A stretch of 64,000 nucleotides of DNA. Origin: an uncultured Nitrososphaerales archaeon. Its GTDB lineage: Archaea; Thermoproteota; Nitrososphaeria; Nitrososphaerales; Nitrososphaeraceae. Positions 30,632 through 41,071 of the stretch are shown here, piece by piece (positions within the stretch are counted from its first letter, which is position 1; every line of letters begins with the position of its first letter). Location of the stretch: NCBI GenBank assembly GCA_963841565.1, contig CAWJCY010000006.1:1-64000 (forward strand). The letters run 5' to 3'. Under the pieces are notes generated by a model. It did no database searches. It was not told the DNA's origin and saw only the letters and a program-made list of their open reading frames with translations. Made by a program: the position numbers and the translations under genes.

Positions 30632-32262
30632 GTGCGGTCTAAAAAGGATAATACGGATTGTAAATTTATTTTCATTACCGGCGGAGTTATGTCTGGCTTA
30701 GGTAAGGGAGTAATTACAGCCTCAGTAGCAAAGCTCTTGCACTATGTGGCTATAACGTTTCCTGCGTAAAGATAGATCCATACATTAACTATGACGCTGG
30801 AACAATGAATCCAACTGCTCACGGTGAAGTATTTGTCACCGAAGATGGGGGGGAATGCGATATGGACCTAGGAACCTATGAGCGTTTTCTTAATATCTCA
30901 ATTTCGAAAGATCATAACATAACAACTGGAAGGATATATTCTGATGTCATTCAAGCAGAGAGAGGTGGAAAATATCTTGGCCAGTGTGTGCAGATAATTC
31001 CGCACATCACGGATACTATAAAGGGAAGACTAAGAGAGGTATCAGGTGAAAATAACCTAGAAATTCTCGTTGTTGAGTGTGGAGGCACAGTCGGAGACAT
31101 TGAAAGCTTGCCATTTCTGGAGGCATTGAGACAATTAGAATTGGAAGTTGGAGATTCCAATACGCTTGTAATTCACGTTACCCTTGCACCAGTTTTGGAT
31201 GTAGTCGGAGAACAGAAAACCAAGCCTACGCAGCACAGCGTACAGGAGCTAAGGAGAATTGGTATACAACCGGACATACTAGCAGTTAGGTGTACCACAC
31301 CCTTAACCTCAGAAGTTAGGCACAAGATTTCACTCTTTGCAAGCGTACCAGAACAAAATGTGATTTCATGTCATGATGCTCCTTCGATCTATAATGTTCC
31401 GGAGATGCTCCAAGAACAGCGCATAGTTAATGCCATAGGTAACAAGATACTGCTTAAACGCCGAAAGCCTCTTTTGGGTGATTGGAAATCAGTTACAAGA
31501 GGTTTTTACAATCACAAGGGGTCAGTTGTAATTGCTGTCGTAGGCAAGTATGTTTCTCTTCCAGACAGCTATGTCAGTGTCTATCATGCACTATCACACT
31601 CAGCAGCACAGATTAGAAAGAAACTGCATGTAGAATGGATCGAATCTGAAAGATTTGAACAGATTGACAAACCTCATAGCATCGAATATTTAAACAAATT
31701 TGATGGGATCGTCGTTCCGGGAGGTTTCGGCAGGAGAGGAAGCGAGGGAATTATTAGGACTGCAGATTACGCAAGGATTAGTAACATTCCTTACTTGGGA
31801 ATCTGCTTTGGATTTCAACTTGCTTTGGTTGCGTTTGCAAGGCACGCTTGTGGAATTAGCGAGGCTAGCTCGGCTGAGATAGATCCGAAAGTCAGAGATC
31901 CGATTGTGGAATTTATGCCTGAGCAGCGGGATACTATTAAGCTAGGAGGTTCGATGAGATTAGGAAGTCATAAGATCACTATCAGAACGAACACTATGGC
32001 TGAGGATATATACAATACAAACACTATTTATGGAAGACACCGACACCGATATGAACTCAACCAAAAATATCTAGGAATCTTGGAAAAAGGGGGATTGGTA
32101 TTATCTGGTTTTTCAGACGGGGCCAAACGCACTGAAATATTGGAGATACCAAAGCACAAATTTTACTTCGCAACACAATACCATTCTGAATTTAGTAGTA
32201 GGCTGGGAAAGCCGGAAAAGAGCTTTTTGGCTTTTGTAGAATCCGCTTCAGCTAGAGCTTGA
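30632..32262 (+). CDS. pyrG: CTP synthase; frameshift near 30741
   Basis: KFIFITGGVMSGLGKG upstream of the listed ORF, then KIDPYIN.DAGTMNP.HGEVFV, GICFG, RHRHRYE, QYHSEF. Confidence 0.95.
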
Positions 32263-33256
32263 GCATATAGATTCGTTGCCTAGCGTCACGAAGGGAAGTC
32301 TTTTTTTTCACATATCCGCGGGTGAGTAGATGCCTTAACGCTAACCTCACAGTTCGTTCTGGCAGCATTGTCCGAGTTGATAAATCTCTCTGACTCAGAG
32401 CACCTTCATACTCTAAAGTCTTGAGAAGCAACTTAGCACTTGGTGGCATACTCAACAAATCCTCAGCAAGTCTTACTTTTTTGGCAATTAGCGAAAGTAT
32501 AGACGAATTTCCTGAGAGCCTAACTAGCTTAGCTGGAACCTGATGCTTGGAGCACTGAAGCGATTTCTTAATTCCCATCCTAGTGCCTCCATCAAGAACA
32601 ATTTCACAATGATATCTGCTTACTATATCAGCTACCTCTACTGTGGTATCATTTGGGATTATCAAAGGTCGTCTTGTGTTGTCCAACGAATTAACAGATA
32701 CCACAATGAAGACCTGAGATTTCTGTAAAACCATGGGACCACCAGCGGACATTGAATAAGCAGTGGAACCAGTTGGGGTAGACAGGATCAGGCCATCACT
32801 ATTGTCACGCCAGACAGTTTTCTCATCTATTCTCAAAACATGCTCCATTAGAGTTGCACTTTTGCTTGGGAATACAGCCACATCATTGAGTACTGGTTCT
32901 ACTTCCCTGCCATCTACCTTCACCGCAATCCGAAATACCTGGTCGATCTCGAAGTTTCCTTTGTCTATTCGATTTAAAGATGCTTCCAGATCACGAACAT
33001 CGAGTTGTGCAAGGAATCCTGTCGAATCAGATTCGTAAATTCCCAGAACAGGGGCAGAATCTGTAACCACTTTATGAAAGTAATCTAGAATCCCTCGATC
33101 GCCCCCTGCGGAAATTATGAGATCGACATCCCTTGCGGCACGATAGTCACCATCTCTCATTAGTTGAACACTGAAACCACCGTAATCTAGAACTTTCTTG
33201 ATCTGATGAAGTAGTATCGAATCTCTCGCTTGATTCACAGAAATAGCGACCTTCAT
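32252..33256 (-). CDS. NAD kinase-family protein fused to a C-terminal MarR-like wHTH
   Basis: GGD, VLNDV, DGLILSTPTGSTAYSMSAGGP; C-terminal PPSAKLLLKTLEYEGALSQRDL...DARQRIY. Confidence 0.85.
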   Translation of the reverse strand: MKVAISVNQARDSILLHQIKKVLDYGGFSVQLMRDGDYRAARDVDLIISAGGDRGILDYFHKVVTDSAPVLGIYESDSTGFLAQLDVRDLEASLNRIDKGNFEIDQVFRIAVKVDGREVEPVLNDVAVFPSKSATLMEHVLRIDEKTVWRDNSDGLILSTPTGSTAYSMSAGGPMVLQKSQVFIVVSVNSLDNTRRPLIIPNDTTVEVADIVSRYHCEIVLDGGTRMGIKKSLQCSKHQVPAKLVRLSGNSSILSLIAKKVRLAEDLLSMPPSAKLLLKTLEYEGALSQRDLSTRTMLPERTVRLALRHLLTRGYVKKKTSLRDARQRIYMLKL

Positions 33257-33810
33257 GAGGACTAGTAATTCACATAAGCAAGTCCAATTTAAATATGAAT
33301 CGTACTTGAATTAAAAGAATCCATGCGGATGTGGAATAGAATTGTAATCCCCAAATCTAAGCATTTTGCAAAGGAAAAGCAGCTTTTAGACCTGAGTAAG
33401 TAGATTTCATCGATCAACTAGGAGCGTTATCTTGTTCTGTACGAGCTCAAATGTATCAATGGGGGTTGAAAATATTGCATATTAGGCATTTTCATGAGAC
33501 ACGCAATTCGTCTCACTTGTTGTAGAGTACCTAATCTGATTTCTTTAGGTATCAGAACTCGAAATATACGTTCATTGATTTTCAGTGGTTTGTATGAATG
33601 CGCTTAACACTGTGGTGCAACGTAAATTGAATACTTCCTCTAACTTCTGGTATCCGTGCGTCATATGGGGCCTCTTCAAAGTGTTTCTTTTTCTATCTAA
33701 CCTATAATCCGCCTATATAGTCTCGCCTGAATCATACAATTGAATACTTTAGTCTTTGGGATTAAGATATGATAAGATTTAAAGGATAGCTCCTTTGTAG
33801 CAACTATTGG

Positions 33811-34098
33811 ATGCCAAAGAAAAGGGCGAGTAGGGGCAGAACAAAGGGAGGAAAAGGAAGTTCAGGTACGGTGCATTGTAGTCAGTGCGGGGCAATGGTT
33901 CCTAGGGATAAGGCAAAGAAGGTAACCGGTCGGGTAACTCTTGTAGAACCTACTCTCGCAAAGGAGTTAAAAGCCCAGGGTGCTTATATTGCTCCTTCAT
34001 CAGATGTTAAATTCTATTGTGTCTCATGCGCAGTTCACCGAGGAGTAGTAAAAGTCAGATCCGAAAGTGAAAGAAGAAGTACTGGTAGATTAAGATAA
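33811..34098 (+). CDS. rps26e: 30S ribosomal protein S26e
   Basis: MPKKRASRGR, CSQCGAMVPRDKAKK, YCVSCAVH. Confidence 0.96.
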   Translation: MPKKRASRGRTKGGKGSSGTVHCSQCGAMVPRDKAKKVTGRVTLVEPTLAKELKAQGAYIAPSSDVKFYCVSCAVHRGVVKVRSESERRSTGRLR

Positions 34099-34103
34099 TT
34101 ACT

Positions 34104-34712
34104 TCAACGTGTTGATGATAGTTGCCTGTTTACTTCCAATACTCTCTGAACTAATGTAAAGCCAGCTACTATGGATACGATTATGACTGCCCACTGTGAA
34201 GATCCGTGGAACGGTAGCATTCCAATAATGGCGAGTAACAAAAGCCTTTCTGCTCTCTCACCGATACCTATTCCTTGTAGTGAGACTCCAAGCGATTCTG
34301 AACGCGCCCGAACATAGCTCACTAAAAGTGAGAGCGATATTGCGATCATGCACGTTATTGGATTTGCAAGGGTTCCCACTGCAATTCCGATGTAAACAAT
34401 CGATTCTGACATTTTATCATACGTTGAATCAAGGAAAGATCCCCTCTTGGACATTTTTTTGGTTAAGCGAGCAACAACTCCATCCACCAGGTCAAAGAAC
34501 CCCGAAATGATTAGAAATATCCCGCCGCCAAGCGAAAAATAATAAGAATTTTGATGGTCAAGCACAATTGCACTCCCATATATTGCTGCTGCAATAACAG
34601 AAGTGATCAAACTCAATCCCGTCCAGAAGTTAGGGGAGGGGTTTATTTTCGAGAATTCCTTCCCAATACGGAGTAAAAGAGGTTGGATCTGACCCCTCAA
34701 TCGGTTGAGCAA
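34104..34712 (-). CDS. CDP-alcohol phosphatidyltransferase (archaetidylinositol-phosphate synthase-like)
   Basis: DLVDGVVAR...GSFLDSTYD motif; SYVRARSE, GIGERAER. Confidence 0.88.
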   Translation of the reverse strand: MLNRLRGQIQPLLLRIGKEFSKINPSPNFWTGLSLITSVIAAAIYGSAIVLDHQNSYYFSLGGGIFLIISGFFDLVDGVVARLTKKMSKRGSFLDSTYDKMSESIVYIGIAVGTLANPITCMIAISLSLLVSYVRARSESLGVSLQGIGIGERAERLLLLAIIGMLPFHGSSQWAVIIVSIVAGFTLVQRVLEVNRQLSSTR

Positions 34713-34904
34713 ACTGCAGCTAGTTCTTAGGGTTGCCGACTGTATAAATTTTCTTGGAATTGTACGCTCTCACCTAAATTGGTGTTGTTCCTCGTCTCCG
34801 TTTTCGTCCAAATATATGAATAAAAGGTAAGTTTTGACAATGATTAAATTTACTTCTAATGTTTCTTAATTCTTTAATAATCATAGGCAGTTGAGTAGTC
34901 TGAT

Positions 34905-36065
34905 ATGTTGGTCGCAGAAGATGACCTGAGAGCGAATGCTCATACTCATACTTTAGCCGACAAGGTTCTTATAATAGGTTTGGGCCAGCTTGGCCTTCCG
35001 GTGGCAAAATATGTGAAGGAGAAAGGATTTGATGTATACGGATATGATATTAGTCAGAAAGCAATACAGCGTGCAGAAAAGATAGCTGCAATAAAGAAAG
35101 CTGATAATTTCAGTGAATTTGATGTATACATTATTTGTATCTCTACACACATGCCAGACGATATGTTTACACCTCAGATAGATGGTTTGTTGTCCATTGT
35201 ACAAGAGAAAATTGCAAAGGAAGCCAAAAATGGTGCACTTGTCTCAATAGAGAGTACTATTCCAAGGGGAACATCTAAGAAGGTATTTGAGATGCTAAAC
35301 CATAGATTACATGTTGCACACATACCTCATAGATGGTATGCTTTAGAAGAAAAAGAGCATGGAGTTAACCAGTTACGTGTAGTTGGAGGAGTGTGTGATT
35401 GTTGTCTTAATGCAGCTGTACAGTTCTATGGTCAAATTAATGTTAGCAACAACATAAACAACAACAACGACAGCAACAACAAAATCAATATTGATAATGG
35501 TAATGGCAATTCAAATGGCAATGGCAATGCAAATGGTAAAAACAGCATCCTCATGGGCGATACCGGCATCGAAATCGCGCCTTCAACTATGGACGATGCT
35601 ATTGCTACTTCTTCTTCTTCCACAACTGGCAAAAAAAATAATGACTTCAATTACACTCCTAATCTAGAAATACCATTACATCCTGTTTCTGATGTAGAAA
35701 TTGCTGAAATAACAAAGATAGCTGAAAATGCGCATAGATATCTTCAAATAGCTTTTGCAGAGGATATCTACCTTTACTGTCAATCCAATAGCATAAACTT
35801 CCCAGAATTGCGTGAAGCCCTAAATACCAAATGGAATGTAGAGATACTCGAGCCCAGAGACGGCATAGGAGGACATTGTCTGCCAAAAGACACCAAAATG
35901 TTTCTACAATCGTCAAAATCAGTTGCTACGAGGAGCCGGATATTAACAGCATCAATGGAAGTAGATGAAGAATACAAGAGATACAGATTATCACGAGCAT
36001 CACAAACCGCAAACATACAGACCAGTCGTAGGACTGGAAGAACTAGTTCTATCCAATACGATTAG
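34905..36065 (+). CDS. UDP-sugar (UDP-ManNAc/UDP-Glc) dehydrogenase-like protein lacking the C-terminal domain, with Asn/Gly-rich insert
   Basis: IGLGQLGLP, IESTIPRGT, KIAENAHRYLQIAFA, GIGGHCLPKD. Confidence 0.75.
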   Translation: MLVAEDDLRANAHTHTLADKVLIIGLGQLGLPVAKYVKEKGFDVYGYDISQKAIQRAEKIAAIKKADNFSEFDVYIICISTHMPDDMFTPQIDGLLSIVQEKIAKEAKNGALVSIESTIPRGTSKKVFEMLNHRLHVAHIPHRWYALEEKEHGVNQLRVVGGVCDCCLNAAVQFYGQINVSNNINNNNDSNNKINIDNGNGNSNGNGNANGKNSILMGDTGIEIAPSTMDDAIATSSSSTTGKKNNDFNYTPNLEIPLHPVSDVEIAEITKIAENAHRYLQIAFAEDIYLYCQSNSINFPELREALNTKWNVEILEPRDGIGGHCLPKDTKMFLQSSKSVATRSRILTASMEVDEEYKRYRLSRASQTANIQTSRRTGRTSSIQYD

Positions 36066-36266
36066 CCACGGTAAGGACAAATACTATAAGTACAGCAGTT
36101 TTGTTTTTTCTTACTGCTGGGATCAAATTAGATGCATTAGATGCTGCACTTAATTTGTTTGTGTCAGTCGTATTCTTGATTAGAGATGGTCAAAACAATA
36201 ATCAATTCGAATATCACCGATTCGATTGGCTAAGATATAAGTAAGAATGCGAGAATTATAATTTGA

Positions 36267-37133
36267 TTGGCCGCAATAGATCTGCAACGCTGCATTGAGG
36301 AATGGAAAAACGCCGTAGCAATTCCTATACGAGAGACAGAGGATAGCAATAGATTAGCTGAATTTTCGTTGCACGTATCAAGGATTTTGGCCTATCCGGA
36401 ATTGAACATCGAATCCACTTCACAGCAAATAGACGACTTGGGTTATAAATTGTTTCAAAAAGTCAAGGACCCTAAGCGGCTACGACCCACCCAACTCATC
36501 GAAGTGATAAATGATTTTTTCTTCAATGAGGTAAAGTTCAAGCCTAATGCACATGACTATTACAACCCTGCCAATAATTACCTCAACATAGTCCTTGAGA
36601 GGAAAACGGGGATACCGATAACTCTGTCTATCCTGTATATGAGGATAGCATCTAAGTTAGATTTCACACTGTTTCCTATAAATTTTCCAGCTCACTTTCT
36701 GGTCAAATATATTCTTGACGATCAGTCTGCGGAGATTGTTATCGATCCATTCAATATGGGTCGAATAATGGATGATTATTCTCTAAAAGAGTTATTGGAA
36801 CGATCTTATCCTCGCCAAAATATGGCACTAACTAGGGCGTTACTTAGTAACGCGACTGCTTCACAGGTAGTGGTTAGACTCCTAAATAATCTCAAGAATA
36901 GCTTTTATGAGTCAAACGACCTAGAAAGAGCCGAACTCGCAAACGAAATGATAATCAGCATAGATGAGACTAACCCATTTTCAATAAGAGATAAGGGGAT
37001 GATTTTCTTAAAGAGGGGGCAAAAATCAGAGGCGCTTGCTACGCTTAGTAAGTATTTGGAGATTCATCCTGAGACAAATGACGCTGATACGATCTTGGAA
37101 TTGATTCGACAAATTCGCTCCCAGAGCAAATAG
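36267..37133 (+). CDS. SirB1/transglutaminase-like (Transglut_core2) protein with C-terminal TPR
   Basis: YYNPANNYLNIVLERKTGIPITLSILY, INFPAHFLV, IDPFN. Confidence 0.88.
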   Translation: MAAIDLQRCIEEWKNAVAIPIRETEDSNRLAEFSLHVSRILAYPELNIESTSQQIDDLGYKLFQKVKDPKRLRPTQLIEVINDFFFNEVKFKPNAHDYYNPANNYLNIVLERKTGIPITLSILYMRIASKLDFTLFPINFPAHFLVKYILDDQSAEIVIDPFNMGRIMDDYSLKELLERSYPRQNMALTRALLSNATASQVVVRLLNNLKNSFYESNDLERAELANEMIISIDETNPFSIRDKGMIFLKRGQKSEALATLSKYLEIHPETNDADTILELIRQIRSQSK

Positions 37134-37243
37134 AGCCCTTTGAACAAACCAAATTTTCGACAGAAACACATTGGCTGACTTCAACCCTTTCTTAGGGAGC
37201 AGCATCTAGTGACTTACTATGTTTAACTTTAGATAATCAATTC

Positions 37244-37774
37244 TTATTCTTTATTGTGGCTGTGTCCATCCCCCACAGTTGACAGCCATCGTTCTAATTC
37301 AAACCTGTCTATTCTTGCTACGCTAACTTTAGCATTTGCCAAAAGAACTGACCCATCTTCAGGGTAAGAGGCTAGCGATATCACCTTGGCTATTCCTACA
37401 CTTACTGCCATCTTGCTACATTCCAGACAAGGGGCATAAGTTGAATACAACGTGGAACCCCTAGTACTGCCTGTATTACCAAAAACAGCACATTGAAGCA
37501 TAGCATTAGCCTCTGCATGCATACACAGACATCTTTCAAGATCTGCTCCTGACTCAATTTTACCATTCGCACGATCCAAACATCTCAAACATCCTCCTTC
37601 GAAACAGTTCTTAATCCCTGAAGGCGTACCATTGTACCCGGTTGCGATCTGTCTATTCTCACGAACTATGACACAGCCCACTTGTCTTGTTATACAATTT
37701 GAGCGGAGTTTAGCTATTTCCGCTTGCAGCATAAAATATACGTCCCAGTCTGGCCTGCTCTCCTTACTTACCAT
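37244..37774 (-). CDS. dCMP deaminase family protein
   Basis: RPDWDVYFM, TGYNGTP, HAEANA, PCLEC. Confidence 0.92.
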   Translation of the reverse strand: MVSKESRPDWDVYFMLQAEIAKLRSNCITRQVGCVIVRENRQIATGYNGTPSGIKNCFEGGCLRCLDRANGKIESGADLERCLCMHAEANAMLQCAVFGNTGSTRGSTLYSTYAPCLECSKMAVSVGIAKVISLASYPEDGSVLLANAKVSVARIDRFELERWLSTVGDGHSHNKE

Positions 37775-38054
37775 CTGTCCTTGTCTATGGAATCGTTCCT
37801 CAATAACTATAAGAGTTTTTTCAGGTTATCCTGTTCCATACTTTGTAACTATCTGACTAACATGTTAATTGCAAAATTCAGTCAAATGCTTGGCATCGTT
37901 CCGTCTGAATATTTGTATGAACTCCATACCTAAGGTTATTGGAGTTTTAATAGTCAGAATTCGATTTAGGGTCAATGGAATCTCCGTTAAAGCAACAGGG
38001 ACGGTAAAATATAGATTATATAAAGCGTTATATATTATCAAAGACTGTCACAAG

Positions 38055-38609
38055 ATGCAGAACCCAAGTCTCAAAAAGGATGAATTGAGAGCAAGGAAGA
38101 TTTATCTTTATACCTTTTACTTCTGCGCTGCGACCATGTTAATCATCTTTATTTATGCACTGGTTCTGAGCGTCGCTGAATATTTGAGCACGGGGAGAAT
38201 TGTTATCGGAGAGGTGTTGGTGAATACTGAATTTCCAATGACTGGTTTGGCGAAATTGGTTACCTATCTAATGATAGTTACCGTTGTAGGTTGGTATTGT
38301 GTCACAAAGATTGGTGGAACTCAGGCAAAAAAACTACCAAAGTCATGGAAAGCTCTTTTTCAGCTCATTATACTTGCCATTGCGATTACAGCATTTTACG
38401 AATTCATCTACAACTTTGTCGTTTGGAATTCATTTATTACAATTGATATGACCAATGGATTGCTAAGGCTAGATGACATCAATGTACCATACCCCAATCC
38501 GGAGACTCCTTGGAATCTGGTTTTTGCGACCAAGATGTCTTTTGCTGCATTTCTAATCTCAGCCCATGGGTTTTATGTAATTTCCAAATCAGAAGAAAAA
38601 AGCGACTAG
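38055..38609 (+). CDS. Hypothetical membrane protein (about 4 TM)
   Basis: Hydrophobic segments; ATG at 38055 follows TTATATA-type box. Confidence 0.7.
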   Translation: MQNPSLKKDELRARKIYLYTFYFCAATMLIIFIYALVLSVAEYLSTGRIVIGEVLVNTEFPMTGLAKLVTYLMIVTVVGWYCVTKIGGTQAKKLPKSWKALFQLIILAIAITAFYEFIYNFVVWNSFITIDMTNGLLRLDDINVPYPNPETPWNLVFATKMSFAAFLISAHGFYVISKSEEKSD

Positions 38610-38804
38610 CCATATTGTCGTAAAGCTGTTTGAACTAGTTGACAAGACAGAATCTTTCGGTCTTATAGTTGTACGATGGTAAAAGTCAGGATTGTTAGGT
38701 TAGTGCTTAAATCATGAAGCTAAATAATGGGTCTATTTGCCAATCAATACCATCTACTGCCAAGCTATATATATCAGATATGGCACAATGAGATTAGTTG
38801 CAAA

Positions 38805-39287
38805 ATGGTAGATAAAGAATCAGCAAGTGGTAATGTAAAGACGACAGAAGTGAACACAGCTTACGAAACGGTTCGAGACAGTTTTATGAGAGCTATCGAC
38901 GAAGTTGCTAAGGCCCAACCCCAATATTCACAGTCAATATCAAACCTTCAGCTTGATTATATCCAGACGGTGAAAAATGTAATACATACTACTTTTGCTG
39001 TTCAAAAGCAGTATGTAGGTGAAACCTGGAACACTTTTCCAAGCTCTGCAGTCGTATCAGATCAAATGGCTAGACAGACATCTGACTTCACAAACAATGC
39101 AATAAAAGCGATAGATATTAACAATCAATTGACCATAAATGCCATTGATGCCGCAAGAGAGAACCTTAAGGTATACAATAGGACTGTAGATACGATAACT
39201 GAATATAATACGAATATCGCGAAGGCTTGGAATACATATTATAATGTATCCCAACAACAGCAAAGACAATTCTTTACCACACACTAG
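38805..39287 (+). CDS. Helical Gln/Asn/Thr-rich hypothetical protein (phasin-like?)
   Basis: Amphipathic helical composition, no Cys; TATATATA box upstream. Confidence 0.65.
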   Translation: MVDKESASGNVKTTEVNTAYETVRDSFMRAIDEVAKAQPQYSQSISNLQLDYIQTVKNVIHTTFAVQKQYVGETWNTFPSSAVVSDQMARQTSDFTNNAIKAIDINNQLTINAIDAARENLKVYNRTVDTITEYNTNIAKAWNTYYNVSQQQQRQFFTTH

Positions 39288-39545
39288 CGGAGTTTGGGAA
39301 TACTAAACTCTAGAATTTTTATCCTACCTTTTTTAAACGTTTTTCATCGCAATAGCCTATTTTCATTCCTTAGATTGACTGACCACTACCATTATCCACA
39401 TTTTCCACATTTCTCTTTGTATCTTATTGTAGGATTCTTTTTTGGAACCGAGTGGTTTACCGTACTAGAAACAAGAGGCTAGCTTAGAGAAGAAGCATTA
39501 AAGGAAAGATAAAATACCAAGAAGTATTCTAACTTTCTATTAAAT

Positions 39546-39887
39546 ATGTCAGAAAGTGATCATAACGATGCAGTATATCTCAAATACAAGTCTTTGGAAG
39601 ACATGTTGAAAGTAATAGTTTATTCATCTCAGTCTGCACTGGGTTTGACCCCTATGTTATATCATTTACAACACGATAATAGAGAAATTTTATTTATTCA
39701 AACTGGGGCGGTTGGTACTTCTATAATACACTATGTTGTACAGTCCAGCAAACCAGAAAGGAAATTCATTGAACTAAAAAGACTGACAGGTGAATTTGTT
39801 TACGTTGACTCTCTAGGGACCGATACTCTTTCCTTGTATGTTCCGATCCTAGAATTGGAAAAGGTAACTTTTACATTTCCTTTTTGA
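39546..39887 (+). CDS. Hypothetical protein
   Basis: Clean 113-aa ORF with globular composition. Confidence 0.65.
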   Translation: MSESDHNDAVYLKYKSLEDMLKVIVYSSQSALGLTPMLYHLQHDNREILFIQTGAVGTSIIHYVVQSSKPERKFIELKRLTGEFVYVDSLGTDTLSLYVPILELEKVTFTFPF

Positions 39888-40121
39888 ATTTAATTATTAA
39901 CAAGCTGATCTAACAATGACTCTAAGCTTGTAGTATGTCTCACCACCCAGAACAAAAACCTAATCGTCAATGATCATCAGGCCGATTCCTAAAAGTCGAA
40001 TCATATATTTCCCCAAGATTTCTAATTATATGGGATTCGCTATCATGGATCCTCTAATAATGCAACAGATTCTCTAACAGATATTAATAAGATACTTATA
40101 TCATCTGCTTGAAGGAGTGAA

Positions 40122-40856
40122 TTGGCTAAAGTAACGAGAATATTCCGACCTGTGGCATCCCAGATAGGGACTCTCAAGCTTAGTGAAATATTCTATTCAT
40201 TACAGGGAGAGGGGATTGATGTTGGAAAGCCAGCAGTTTTCATACGAACTGCATTATGCAATCTATCATGCGTATGGTGTGACACGAAATACACATGGGA
40301 TTGGAGTCATTATGATTATAATAGGGAGGTTTCAGAAATGACAATACCTGAAATTCAGCAACAAATATCAGGGTTCGATACCAAACATTGTGTAATCACC
40401 GGCGGCGAACCTCTCATACAACAGATGGAGCTTATTCCCTTACTCTCCAACCTGAAGAGCAAGGACTATTTCGTTGAGGTTGAAACGAATGGTACTATTC
40501 TTCCTTTAGAAATGGTAGAAAGGTTTGTAGACCGATGGAATGTTTCTCCAAAACTTCAGAACTCGTCGATTTCGAAACAACGCAGAGAAGTCCAGAGCTC
40601 TTTGGATTATTTTGCGAAGAATTCTAAGGCGTACATGAAATTTGTCATTTGCAATCATTCTGACATAGCAGAGGTGAAAACTCTGATCGGAAAATATAAG
40701 CTGAAGAGTCAAAGAATGATTTTGATGCCTGAGGGAAATTCTGCCGCGGAAATCATGAAGAAATCTAAATGGCTGGCAGATATTTGTCTAAAGAATGGGT
40801 ACAGATTGTCAATTAGGCTCCATACGCTCGTTTGGTCTGGAATTAGGGCCAAATAG
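40122..40856 (+). CDS. queE: 7-carboxy-7-deazaguanine synthase (radical SAM)
   Basis: EIFYSLQGEG, CNLSCVWCDT, ITGGEP, VETNGT, VSPKL. Confidence 0.92.
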   Translation: MAKVTRIFRPVASQIGTLKLSEIFYSLQGEGIDVGKPAVFIRTALCNLSCVWCDTKYTWDWSHYDYNREVSEMTIPEIQQQISGFDTKHCVITGGEPLIQQMELIPLLSNLKSKDYFVEVETNGTILPLEMVERFVDRWNVSPKLQNSSISKQRREVQSSLDYFAKNSKAYMKFVICNHSDIAEVKTLIGKYKLKSQRMILMPEGNSAAEIMKKSKWLADICLKNGYRLSIRLHTLVWSGIRAK

Positions 40857-41071
40857 TCTCAGGTCTCGTTTGCAACTTAATGGCGGATCTCTAAAATTCT
40901 GTAACCAATAATACTAAACCACACAATGCAAAGAAAGTGAATCCATTTCGCTCCTCCCTCTCCCGTTCGAATTATGCATATTAGCTTTGATTGCAAAGAA
41001 TTGAATCTGTAAAAACATTCACCTCTTCGCTTCTAATACAATTATAAGGCATTGGGACATATTCTCGGTAT

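Noticed and set aside
29056-32262. Programmed frameshifting or pseudogenisation of cdc6 and pyrG
   Set aside because: These are essential genes with no slippery heptamer or stimulatory structure, and the same indel pattern occurs throughout the window
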